Shown here piece by piece: positions 50,684 through 59,408 of a stretch of 64,000 nucleotides of DNA; positions within the stretch are counted from its first letter, which is position 1; the number at the start of each line of letters is the position of its first letter. The position numbers were made by a program, and so were the translations under genes. The DNA is from Myxococcota bacterium. Its GTDB lineage: Bacteria > Myxococcota > XYA12-FULL-58-9 > JALHOP01. The notes under the pieces are model-generated. The model searched no databases. It saw only the letters and a program-made list of their open reading frames with translations, and had not been told where the DNA came from. The stretch lies in NCBI GenBank assembly GCA_022842935.1, contig JALHOP010000010.1:106144-170143 (forward strand), in the 5' to 3' direction.

Positions 50684-51475
50684 ATGGGATTTCTGGAAGA
50701 AGCGATTCTCGAGCCTAGCAAGAAGCTCCCGGTCCTCGTCGATTTTTGGGCGCCATGGTGCGGTCCGTGTCGGACCCTCGGCCCTGTTCTCGACCGCGTC
50801 GCCGCAACCAATCGAGAGCGCTTCACGCTGCTCAAGGTCAACACGGACGAACACCAGGATATTGCCGCCCGCTTCCGGGTCCAGAGCATACCGGCGGTGA
50901 AGCTCTTCGATCAGGGGAAGGTCATCGCCGAGTTCGTTGGCGCACTGCCGGAGCGCCAAGTGCTAGCTTGGCTCGACCAAGTGCTGCCGAGTGACGAAGG
51001 TCGCGCGCTCACGGCCGCCAAGGAAGCGCTGCAGAAGGGAGACCGCCCCGCCGCTCTCGCCGCCCTGCATGGTCGGGTGCACGAAGACGCGAAGTCCGCG
51101 GAGGCGCGCGCCCTTTATGCTGCACTCGCCTACTTCGAGCACCACGACCATGCGCTCAAGCTCGCCGCCACGGTCCGTGAAGGCGACCTCGGGTTCGACA
51201 TCGCAAGCGCGGTGGTCGAGCTCGATGCGCTCGTCGGGGATGCGAGCGCCGAGGGCAAACCCGACGCGGTCAGCGCCTATCAGCGCGGTATCGCGAGCTT
51301 CAAGGTCGGCGACTTCGCCGCTGCGGCCGCCGCCTGGATCGAGTCCATGAAGCTCTCGCGCAAGGTGGCCAATGATGGCGCTAAGCGCGCTCTCATCGCC
51401 TTGTTCAAGCTACTCGGCGAACAAGATCCGGTGACCCTCGAGTACCGACGCGCCTTCGCTTCTGCGCTGTACTAA
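50684..51475 (+). CDS. Thioredoxin-TPR chaperedoxin (YbbN/CnoX-like)
   Basis: VDFWAPWCGPC, SIP, and a C-terminal TPR region ending YRRAFASALY. Confidence 0.88.
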   Translation: MGFLEEAILEPSKKLPVLVDFWAPWCGPCRTLGPVLDRVAATNRERFTLLKVNTDEHQDIAARFRVQSIPAVKLFDQGKVIAEFVGALPERQVLAWLDQVLPSDEGRALTAAKEALQKGDRPAALAALHGRVHEDAKSAEARALYAALAYFEHHDHALKLAATVREGDLGFDIASAVVELDALVGDASAEGKPDAVSAYQRGIASFKVGDFAAAAAAWIESMKLSRKVANDGAKRALIALFKLLGEQDPVTLEYRRAFASALY

Positions 51476-51509
51476 AGGCACCATCGGCCAGCGCGCGCAT
51501 CGGGGAGGA

Positions 51510-52154
51510 TCAGGGCTCGACAGGCGCCAGGTCGCTGACCAAGACCGCGCGCACCGGCGAAGCGTCGCCCTCCGCAATGCGCAGCGGCAGCGCGATGAGG
51601 GTGTAGAGGCCTGCAGGCACGTGGTCGAGCACGATGGACTCGAGCACTGCCATGTCGTGGCGTGCGATGGCGTTGTGAGCGGTCAAAGCGCGGTCGGCGA
51701 AGGGGTCGACCGAGGGAGTGTCGATACCGACGAGGCGGACGCCGCGGGCGGCAAGCTCGTCGACGAGCTCCGGCGACAGACTCGCGAAATCGGTGTTGAA
51801 CGTGTCGGGGTGAGGGAATGTTCCAGTCCGCAATAGAACACGCGGGGCGTGGATGCGTGCACCCTCGAGATGGGCGGGTGTGATGCGCTCGCCGCGACCG
51901 ATGTCGACGTGCACCACACTGCACGGTCCATAGTAGAGCGCGAGATCCCGCTCACCGATCGAGGCGCCGTCGCGCGCATAGTGGCTAGGCGCGTCCGCGT
52001 GAGCGCCAACGTGCAACGTCGACGTGACCGCCGAGAGCGTCAGGTTGTCTCCGCGGCGCATGTCCAGCGACACAACGCGAGCGAACTGGACATCACCCGG
52101 CCACACCGCAGTAGCGGACGAGAGCACGGGAGAGATGTCGATGATTGCGCTCAC
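51510..52154 (-). CDS. kynB: Cyclase family / kynurenine formamidase
   Basis: VWPGD, HVGAHADAPSH, VGIDTPSVD, LE and DASPVRAVL. GTGA overlap with amnA. Confidence 0.85.
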   Translation of the reverse strand: MSAIIDISPVLSSATAVWPGDVQFARVVSLDMRRGDNLTLSAVTSTLHVGAHADAPSHYARDGASIGERDLALYYGPCSVVHVDIGRGERITPAHLEGARIHAPRVLLRTGTFPHPDTFNTDFASLSPELVDELAARGVRLVGIDTPSVDPFADRALTAHNAIARHDMAVLESIVLDHVPAGLYTLIALPLRIAEGDASPVRAVLVSDLAPVEP

Positions 52155-53050
52155 CGGTCGAGGACGTTGCGATCGCCGCGATAGACTTCGACGTCGTCCT
52201 CGTCGAACTCGACGTTGGTCGCGCCCCGCTCCATCGGATTGAGCGAAACGACGGTCGCGCCGGTGCCCCAAATGGGTTCATAGGCCAGCACCCTCCCCTC
52301 GTAGTCGTTGTTCTGACCCATGAGAGCGGCGAGCCACCAGATGGCTTTGAAGCGTTGATCTGCGTTCGCCTCGCGGAAGAACTGGCGCGCGAGCTGCGAG
52401 ACGTCCTCCAGGCGACCGTTACCCAAGAACTCGAGAACCTTGCGGTTCCACTCGTCGTCCTTGAGAGAAGAGATCCGATCGGTCTTCGGGTCGATGAACT
52501 CGGTGACCATGCGATTCGACAGCTGCGTGACCGCGACCGCGATCACCTTCTTGCCGAGCTGCTCCGCCGCGTCGCGCGCCGCCTTGCCAAGTACGATGGT
52601 CTCAGCGCGATCCGCATACATGTTGCAGGACACCACGCATGCCGGGATGCGGTTCTCCGGGTTCAAGAGTTTGAGGGCCGTGATGGTGCCGGTGTCGATC
52701 GGGAAGCCGCGATACGCCACGGTGCGCGCAGTCAACCCGCGCTTCTTGGCGGCGGCCTCATAAGCCGCGGCGTATTCGGAGTCGATGACGAAGCTATAAG
52801 GAATTTCGCCCAGGTCGTGCCACTCCGGGTCGACGTGCACCCACGTGGGCTTTGGGTCCGCTTGGATCTGGTGGCCAATGACGGACAACCATTTGGTGCT
52901 GTAGATCATGATGAGATCGGCTTCCGAGGCCGCGATCTCTTCGCGCACCATTCCGAACGCATCCGCGAGCTTGCGATAGCCAGGGGCTGCGTCGGGCGTA
53001 AGCAAAGGCTGTGGCTTCCCGGGAACGATGTAACCACGCACGACGCTCAT
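52151..53050 (-). CDS. amnA: 2-aminophenol 1,6-dioxygenase alpha-like subunit (LigB fold, non-catalytic)
   Basis: YSTKWLSV, HVDPEWHDLG, GFPIDTGTI, DDEWN and GTG. Lacks the Fe-binding His. Confidence 0.8.
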   Translation of the reverse strand: MSVVRGYIVPGKPQPLLTPDAAPGYRKLADAFGMVREEIAASEADLIMIYSTKWLSVIGHQIQADPKPTWVHVDPEWHDLGEIPYSFVIDSEYAAAYEAAAKKRGLTARTVAYRGFPIDTGTITALKLLNPENRIPACVVSCNMYADRAETIVLGKAARDAAEQLGKKVIAVAVTQLSNRMVTEFIDPKTDRISSLKDDEWNRKVLEFLGNGRLEDVSQLARQFFREANADQRFKAIWWLAALMGQNNDYEGRVLAYEPIWGTGATVVSLNPMERGATNVEFDEDDVEVYRGDRNVLDR

Positions 53051-53931
53051 GCCGCCTCCATGTCCCAGCTCACGACTGCGTTGCCAGTCCCGATGACCGT
53101 CCCATAGGCGTGGACCTCGGCCGGTTGCGTTGGAAACCCCAGCGCCGACAACAAGAACGTGAGCGAGCCGGCACGAGCCTCACTTACCGATTGGTCGATG
53201 AAGTCTGGCATCTCGTCGAGGAGCTCGCGTGCTTTCCCGGTCTTCAGGAGCTTCACCACGTGCATGTCCCAGAGATATTGGTTGTGGTTGTAGATGCGCT
53301 CGTACGACATGTCTTCGGGAACACCGGGCTCGGTCGTGAAGTGGCGATGTGACAACGAGCACGACGAGATCACCAAGGCGCGGCGACCCAACTTCTCGAC
53401 GGCCCGTCGCGCGGCCTGCCCCAGGGCGATCATCTGCCTGTCGCCGACGTCATTGCCGAAGTAGTCATAGGCCGCGTTGGCGGACACGCCGACGATAGGT
53501 TTGTCCCAGTCAGGGTTCACCATATGGCAAGCAGTGATGGTGCCGTAGTCCACGCGAAACTTCTCGTTCCGCATCATCTTGGTCACGAGACCTTGCGCAG
53601 CCGCCTCGGCACACATTGCCTCCGCCAATGGCACGTCGACCTTCAAGTCGTAGTGATAGCGAAACAGATTCGGGAAAATGGGGTCGACGGACAGTGACTT
53701 GAAGTGGGGAACTCCGAGGAAGTGGTGCCCCACGACGGTTCGCCAGTGGGGCGAGTGGACGATGATGACGTCGTAGTCCTTCTTCTTGAGCTTCGCCCGC
53801 AATGCTTCGTATCCCCAGCGCAGTACGTCCCAACCGCCTTCGGCGCGCGGCTCGTTCTGCTTGGGATTGTCGGCATAAACCAAGTGCGGTGGGTGCGGGG
53901 CGAGCGCCCCCATCACGATACGTCCACTCAT
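53047..53931 (-). CDS. amnB: 2-aminophenol 1,6-dioxygenase beta-like (catalytic) subunit
   Basis: APHPPHLVYADNPKQNEPRAEGGW, HSPHW, VDPIFPNLFRY, VDYG, SLSHRHF and YGTVIGTGNAV. Confidence 0.9.
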   Translation of the reverse strand: MSGRIVMGALAPHPPHLVYADNPKQNEPRAEGGWDVLRWGYEALRAKLKKKDYDVIIVHSPHWRTVVGHHFLGVPHFKSLSVDPIFPNLFRYHYDLKVDVPLAEAMCAEAAAQGLVTKMMRNEKFRVDYGTITACHMVNPDWDKPIVGVSANAAYDYFGNDVGDRQMIALGQAARRAVEKLGRRALVISSCSLSHRHFTTEPGVPEDMSYERIYNHNQYLWDMHVVKLLKTGKARELLDEMPDFIDQSVSEARAGSLTFLLSALGFPTQPAEVHAYGTVIGTGNAVVSWDMEAA

Positions 53932-54052
53932 GAGCTAGCCCTCTCGGTTGGTGCGTTCACCGGAGATGCACAAACGAGCCAAACACGAAGCACCGTACGC
54001 GCGTGACGGACGTGAGACGGGCTATGCGCTCGCTTCGGCTCGCGGAACCAAC

Positions 54053-55492
54053 TCATAGCGCCACACAGACGTTACGCGCTTCGCTGAAGGTCTCGAGCGA
54101 ATACACTCCGCCTTCGCGGCCAAGGCCACTGTCTTTCATGCCACCGAAAGGCACGCGCAGGTCGCGCATCATCCAGGTGTTGACCCAAACCATGCCGCTG
54201 TCGATGGCAGCGGCGACGCGATGAGCGCGAGAGAGATCGCGCGTCCACACCGAGGCAGCCAGACCGTAGCGAACTTCGTTGGCCATGCTGATGGCGCGGG
54301 CATCGTCATCGAATGGATGCACGGTCACGACCGGACCGAAGATCTCTTCGGTCGCGGCACGCGCTTTGGACGATAGACCGGTAATGATGGTTGGCTCGAG
54401 GAAAAACCCATTCGCGAGCGGCCCCGGCAGCCTTGGTCGCCCTCCACCGTGAGCGATCTTGCCACCCTCCTCCAAGGCTAGCTTGATGTAGCCCTCGACC
54501 TTCTCGCGATGCGCAGCCGACACCAGGGCGCCGAGCTGCGTCGAGGGGTCCTTGGGATCACCGATGCGCATCTTGGCGAGGCGTCGGGTCATGCCCTCCA
54601 CGACCTCGTCGTGGATCGACTGCTCGACCAATACGCGTGAGCCACACAAACAGATCTGACCTTGGTTGGTGAACCCTGCCCGTACCGCGCCCTCGATTGC
54701 CTTAGCGCGGTCGGCGTCCGCGAAAACGATCGTGGGGTTCTTGCCACCAAGCTCGAGCGATGTCTTGCGAAAGGACGCAGCCGTCGCTTCGGCGACTTTT
54801 GCGCCAGTTTGTGTGCCGCCAGTGAAGGATACGAGCTTCACATCGCGATGGCGGACCAACGCGTCGCCAGCCTCGGCGCCGTAACCGTGCACGACATTGA
54901 AGACGCCTGGAGGCAACCCCACATCGCGCACGATGTCGGCCAGTGCATGCGCGGTCAAAGGCGTAAGCTCGCTAGGCTTACAGACGACCGTGTTGCCCAT
55001 GGCCAGCGCCGGTGCGGCTTTCCACGACAGCAAGTAGAGAGGAAGATTCCAAGGCGTGATGAGCGCACAGACGCCAACCGGCTTACGTAGCGTGTAGTTG
55101 ATAGCGGACTGATCGACAGGATGACACCCTGGGCTATCGTGCAATACCGCATTCGCGAAGAAGCGAAAGTTCGCGATGGCACGGGGGATGTCCATGCTCG
55201 CGGCCAGTGCTACGGGTTTTCCCGTATCGAGCGACTCCAGATTCGTGAGCTCTTCAGCACGCGCCTCGAGCCTCTCGGCAATGCGCAAGAGGTAGCGTGA
55301 GCGCTCTTGCGTCGATAGGCGCGACCAACCGGGCTGGGCTTCGCGCGCGGCCGCAACGGCAGCATCGACCTCGGCTTGCCCCGACCGCGGTACCCAAGCG
55401 ACGACCTCGCCAGTGGCGGGGGAGACGTCGTCGATACTCGACGCGGTACTCTTCCACTCGCCAGCGATGAAGTTTCGAATCTCACGCATCAT
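54053..55492 (-). CDS. amnC: 2-aminomuconate/2-hydroxymuconate semialdehyde dehydrogenase (ALDH8-like)
   Basis: DIPRAIANF, PWNLPLYLLSWK, ELGGKN, NQGQICLCGSR and RDLRVPFGG. Confidence 0.85.
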   Translation of the reverse strand: MMREIRNFIAGEWKSTASSIDDVSPATGEVVAWVPRSGQAEVDAAVAAAREAQPGWSRLSTQERSRYLLRIAERLEARAEELTNLESLDTGKPVALAASMDIPRAIANFRFFANAVLHDSPGCHPVDQSAINYTLRKPVGVCALITPWNLPLYLLSWKAAPALAMGNTVVCKPSELTPLTAHALADIVRDVGLPPGVFNVVHGYGAEAGDALVRHRDVKLVSFTGGTQTGAKVAEATAASFRKTSLELGGKNPTIVFADADRAKAIEGAVRAGFTNQGQICLCGSRVLVEQSIHDEVVEGMTRRLAKMRIGDPKDPSTQLGALVSAAHREKVEGYIKLALEEGGKIAHGGGRPRLPGPLANGFFLEPTIITGLSSKARAATEEIFGPVVTVHPFDDDARAISMANEVRYGLAASVWTRDLSRAHRVAAAIDSGMVWVNTWMMRDLRVPFGGMKDSGLGREGGVYSLETFSEARNVCVAL

Positions 55493-55498
55493 GCGACC

Positions 55499-56674
55499 TC
55501 ACAGCGCGTTACCGCCGCCTTTCATCGCGTCCCAAGACGAGGAGCCGAAGCCTTCGCCTGGACCGCTCATGCCGAACTGCTCGGCCTGTGCTTGCCAGTC
55601 GTAGTACCAGCGGTCGCGGTCCGGATCCCATTCGTCCCACGTCGGGATCTTGTCGAGCGTGGAGACACGGTCCTTGGGCACGACGCCGGGCACGATGAAG
55701 GCCTTCTGCTTGTAGAGCGGATACGGGTTGCGTAGCTCGAAGCCAAGCACGCCGAGCACCGCCCGGGCGATGTACCAGGTCGCCTGCGGGTTCCAACCGT
55801 GAGCGATCTTGATCATGACGCCCAAGCCGTCCGGGAAGTCGTCGTGGATGATCGAGAGGGCGAGCAGACCGTCGGCACCCTCTTTCGCGATGACCTTGCC
55901 GCCACAGGCCTTCATCACCGTGCTGTCGAGACGATTGAAGCCGCCGACGAGATCGGGGTGCTCGATCATCGAAGCCCAGATCCAGTCTTCGTCGCGCGTC
56001 GCCGCGAGTCCAGCGAAGACCTTGGCAAGCTCGCCGACAGTCATCGACACGGTGGGAAAACCATCGCCGTCGCGCGCGACCCGCAGCGGCTGCCATTCGG
56101 CACCGAGAAAGCGCCGCACCTGCTGCATGTAAGCCTGGAAGAATGGGTGGCGTGGCAGCGTATACCCAACACGGCTCCAGTTCTTGAGGCGACATCCCTT
56201 CAAGATGGCGGCGTGTTGACCCGAGCTGTTGTTGTACCAACGTCGCGGCCGGCGCACCTGGCGCCCGAACTGCACGAGCGGGACGTCGAGAGGAGTCTGC
56301 ATGAGGCCCCACTCGGACGGGTCGAGCAGCGATTGGGCGGCTGCCACATGTTCGGCCGTTCCATTGTGCGAAGCGACCGCGATCGCGCGTTGCTTGGAGT
56401 TGGTGACGGGCTCGAGGTCCTTGGCGAAGACCTTGAGCATCACCGGCTTCATGCAGCTGCGGCCATAACAAAGCACGTTGCCGCCAAACGAGTGGATGAT
56501 GCGGTCGCCCGACGCCCACGCAACCGCGCCGTGAATCGTCGTCTCGGAGACCCCGTTGCGTCGGTAGTCGACGAGCGGCTGCCACTCGACATCGCGGCCG
56601 GTGGGAATGCGCGCGTCTGAGTCGCCCAGAGGTGAAACGGGATAAACGTCCCGGCCTACGGTTGGCATGGTCAT
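55499..56674 (-). CDS. Class-3 (Rhizobium-type) asparaginase-fold protein with an atypical metal site
   Basis: RSCMKP, ASHNG, NNSSGQH, HP, DGDG, HPDLVGG, KEGADG and IKIAHG. Confidence 0.8.
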   Translation of the reverse strand: MTMPTVGRDVYPVSPLGDSDARIPTGRDVEWQPLVDYRRNGVSETTIHGAVAWASGDRIIHSFGGNVLCYGRSCMKPVMLKVFAKDLEPVTNSKQRAIAVASHNGTAEHVAAAQSLLDPSEWGLMQTPLDVPLVQFGRQVRRPRRWYNNSSGQHAAILKGCRLKNWSRVGYTLPRHPFFQAYMQQVRRFLGAEWQPLRVARDGDGFPTVSMTVGELAKVFAGLAATRDEDWIWASMIEHPDLVGGFNRLDSTVMKACGGKVIAKEGADGLLALSIIHDDFPDGLGVMIKIAHGWNPQATWYIARAVLGVLGFELRNPYPLYKQKAFIVPGVVPKDRVSTLDKIPTWDEWDPDRDRWYYDWQAQAEQFGMSGPGEGFGSSSWDAMKGGGNAL

Positions 56675-57879
56675 GAGCGCGAGACCCTCGGGATCACTGC
56701 TTCGACGAAGTGCTTCATGTTGTCGATGACACGCGCGTTGTCGTGATTGAAGAAGTCGAACCAGAGCATCAACCGGTCGTCCGCGTGAAAGCGCGTCTTC
56801 ATCTGCTCTGCGATGGTCTCGGGGTCGCCGATCAAGGCGTTGTCGGCGGCGTTCGCGACCTTCTTGGGGTCGAGCGTGCCCTCGAGCGCGGTCCAGTAGG
56901 CGCCCAGCGCCTTGCGCGCCGCCTCCTGTGCCTTGCCTTTGTCCTTGTCGATGAACACGAACGTGGTGCGCGGCATGTACCAGCGCTTCCAGCCGCCGCC
57001 GTCCGGATGAAACGCCTTCTGGAGACGCGTGTGCGTCTGCTCGATGACCTCGGGCGCCGTAATCGAGAGGTTGAAGACGTGCGCCGGCATGAACTTGTTG
57101 GCGAGCTCCTGCGACGCCGCATCGTGCGAACCGACCACCAGCTGCAAGAGCCTGCGATCGAAGTCCTGCGGGATGATCTTGAGCTGCTCGAAGGTCCAGC
57201 GCCGCGGCAACACGAATGCGTCGCCCTTCTCGACGAACCCTTCGGCGCGCGCCGCAGCAACCACCTTCTGCCAGTCTTCGTCGTTGCGAAACAGCGAGCG
57301 CGTCAGCAGCGGCTGGGTGACCTCGTCGCTCGACAACACGTCACCGCGCAGCAAGCGGCAAAAAATCTCCACCGCTTCAGCAAACACGAGACCTTTGACT
57401 ACGGGCCAGGCGGCTCTTTCCGTCGCGTTGCGCGGCATCACGCCGTAGGCGCGGTTCATGAAGTCGAACCGGCCAGCCGAGAAGCCGACGTTCAAACGCC
57501 GCTTCTCGCCGCTGCGAAGGCCGTGCAGCGCCGCGAAGTACGCGATACGTTCCGCGGCCGCGACCGGACCGCCATTGCAGACGATGTTCATGACCGCGCT
57601 ACCAACTTCGATCGTCTTGGTGCGTGCGAACACCTGGTGGGCGAGCTGTGTGATGTCGCAGTTCAGCCCGACCTCGCCGCGCCAGTGCGGGATGACCGGC
57701 TCGCGGTTCCTCTTTTGTACCTCGCTCGACAGGTGCGACTCGGCGACCCACGCCGTCCCGAAGCCCAAGGCGTCGGCTGCCTCGACCTGCGCAAAGAAGC
57801 TCTTGAACATCTCGGCTTCGCTCGGGACCGCGCCATCGACGGGGGTTTGGCTGATGGAGAAGAAAACGTCGTAGCGCAT
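56671..57879 (-). CDS. Luciferase-like (LLM) flavin-dependent oxidoreductase
   Basis: AADALGFGTAWVAESH, RTKTIEVGSAV, AE, GR and LIGDPETIAEQ. Confidence 0.85.
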   Translation of the reverse strand: MRYDVFFSISQTPVDGAVPSEAEMFKSFFAQVEAADALGFGTAWVAESHLSSEVQKRNREPVIPHWRGEVGLNCDITQLAHQVFARTKTIEVGSAVMNIVCNGGPVAAAERIAYFAALHGLRSGEKRRLNVGFSAGRFDFMNRAYGVMPRNATERAAWPVVKGLVFAEAVEIFCRLLRGDVLSSDEVTQPLLTRSLFRNDEDWQKVVAAARAEGFVEKGDAFVLPRRWTFEQLKIIPQDFDRRLLQLVVGSHDAASQELANKFMPAHVFNLSITAPEVIEQTHTRLQKAFHPDGGGWKRWYMPRTTFVFIDKDKGKAQEAARKALGAYWTALEGTLDPKKVANAADNALIGDPETIAEQMKTRFHADDRLMLWFDFFNHDNARVIDNMKHFVEAVIPRVSRS

Positions 57880-57889
57880 GCCAAGACCC

Positions 57890-58672
57890 CTAGATGCTCT
57901 GGAGGCGGCCACCATCGGCCGCGAGACTGACACCACGGATAAACGAGGCGAGCGGTGAGGCGAGGAAGACGATGGCGGCCGCGATCTCGTCCGCCGTGCC
58001 GAGGCGCTTTTCGGGCACCGCGGAGAGCCACTCGGCGAGCACAGCGTCGCCCGAAATGCCGCGACGCTTGCCTGCCCCTTCGCGCAGCTCGAGCATGCGC
58101 TCCGTGTCAGTGTAGCCCGGCAAGACGTTGTTGATGGTGACGCCCGGCGGCAGCTCACGCGACAGTGTCTTCGCCCAACCAGCCACTGCGGCGCGGCAGA
58201 TGTTCGAGACGCCGAGGCCCGCGATCGGCTCCTTCACCGAGGTCGACACGACGTTGATGATGCGTCCATAGCCGGCGCTCACCATGGCTGGGACGACGAG
58301 CTTGGTGATGGCGTGCGGCGTAAGCACCAGCCGCCCCATCGCCTTGAGGATCGCGCCTTCGTCAGCTTCGAGCAGCGGACCACCGGGTGGACCACCGGTG
58401 TTGTTCACCAAGACGTGGACCGGCGCACGCGCAACGACCTCTCTGACCTTGGCGACCGTTGCATCACGCTCGTCGAGGTCGGCAGCCAGAGTCTCGACAC
58501 CCGCGGCTCCTGCCTTCGTCAGCTCGCCAGCGAGGAGGTCAAGCGCGTCCTGGCGTCGGGCGACGATGGTAAGCCTCGCCCGGGCCGAGGCAAAGCCAAA
58601 CGCGGCGGCTCGACCGATGCCGCGGCTCGCGCCGAAGAGCAAAACGTGTTTGCCGCCGAGGTCCATCTGCAT
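57890..58672 (-). CDS. SDR family oxidoreductase
   Basis: GASRGIG, NNTGGP, SN..RAAV..WAKTL, PGYTDT and DGG. Confidence 0.9.
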   Translation of the reverse strand: MQMDLGGKHVLLFGASRGIGRAAAFGFASARARLTIVARRQDALDLLAGELTKAGAAGVETLAADLDERDATVAKVREVVARAPVHVLVNNTGGPPGGPLLEADEGAILKAMGRLVLTPHAITKLVVPAMVSAGYGRIINVVSTSVKEPIAGLGVSNICRAAVAGWAKTLSRELPPGVTINNVLPGYTDTERMLELREGAGKRRGISGDAVLAEWLSAVPEKRLGTADEIAAAIVFLASPLASFIRGVSLAADGGRLQSI

Positions 58673-58684
58673 GCGGACCGCGGT

Positions 58685-59320
58685 CTATCCCGTCAGGATG
58701 GTCTCGGCAATCTCTCGCGGATGGCCGACCAGATGGTCGGCGCCGGCCCTTTCGAGCTCATCGCGGCCTCGGATCCCGTAGGTGCATCCAATCGTGCGCG
58801 CGCCATAGGCCTTACCCGTCAGGACGTCGACCGCGCTGTCACCGACCATCCAGACCTGGGCGAACCTGCGCGCGCCAACCAGCTGCGCGATGACCTCGCG
58901 CGATGGCTTCTTGAACGCCCAGGTATCGCCGCCGCCGACTGCCTCGAAGCGCCGCAGCATGCCGAAGTGCTCGAGCATCTGAAGCACGAACCGCTCCGAC
59001 TTGTTGCTCGCGACCGCGAGCCGACAGCCTCGAAGGGCGTCGAGCATGCTTTCGACCCCGTCGTAGGGCGCGGAGGTGGCGAACATGAGCCTCTCGTAGT
59101 GTGCCCTGTAGCAGCGCTTGAGCTCCTCGTGCGCGACACCCGTCGGCAGCGCCTCGGCGATGAGATGATCGAGGCCTTCGCCGATCCATGTACGGACGGT
59201 GTGAGGATCGACAGCGGAGCCGCCCAGCTCGACGCGCGCGGCCGACAGCGCAGCGGCAATATCACCCAGCGTGTCCACCAGGGTGCCGTCGAAGTCGAAA
59301 ACCACGAGCGCTTCTGTCAT
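58685..59320 (-). CDS. gph: HAD phosphatase (phosphoglycolate phosphatase-like)
   Basis: FDFDGTLVD, SNK, KKP and MVGDSAVD. Confidence 0.8.
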   Translation of the reverse strand: MTEALVVFDFDGTLVDTLGDIAAALSAARVELGGSAVDPHTVRTWIGEGLDHLIAEALPTGVAHEELKRCYRAHYERLMFATSAPYDGVESMLDALRGCRLAVASNKSERFVLQMLEHFGMLRRFEAVGGGDTWAFKKPSREVIAQLVGARRFAQVWMVGDSAVDVLTGKAYGARTIGCTYGIRGRDELERAGADHLVGHPREIAETILTG

Positions 59321-59340
59321 CACGTCTCCAGAACGCAACA

Positions 59341-59377
59341 AAGCCCCCGTTCACTTCACTCGTGTGAACGGGGGCTT
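59341..59377 (-). terminator. Hairpin/terminator downstream of the TonB-dependent receptor
   Basis: 14-bp inverted repeat AAGCCCCCGTTCAC-N9-GTGAACGGGGGCTT, followed by TGTTG on the minus strand. Confidence 0.7.
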
Positions 59378-59408
59378 CGTTAAGTGTGGTCGGAGAGCTA
59401 ACCGAAAG

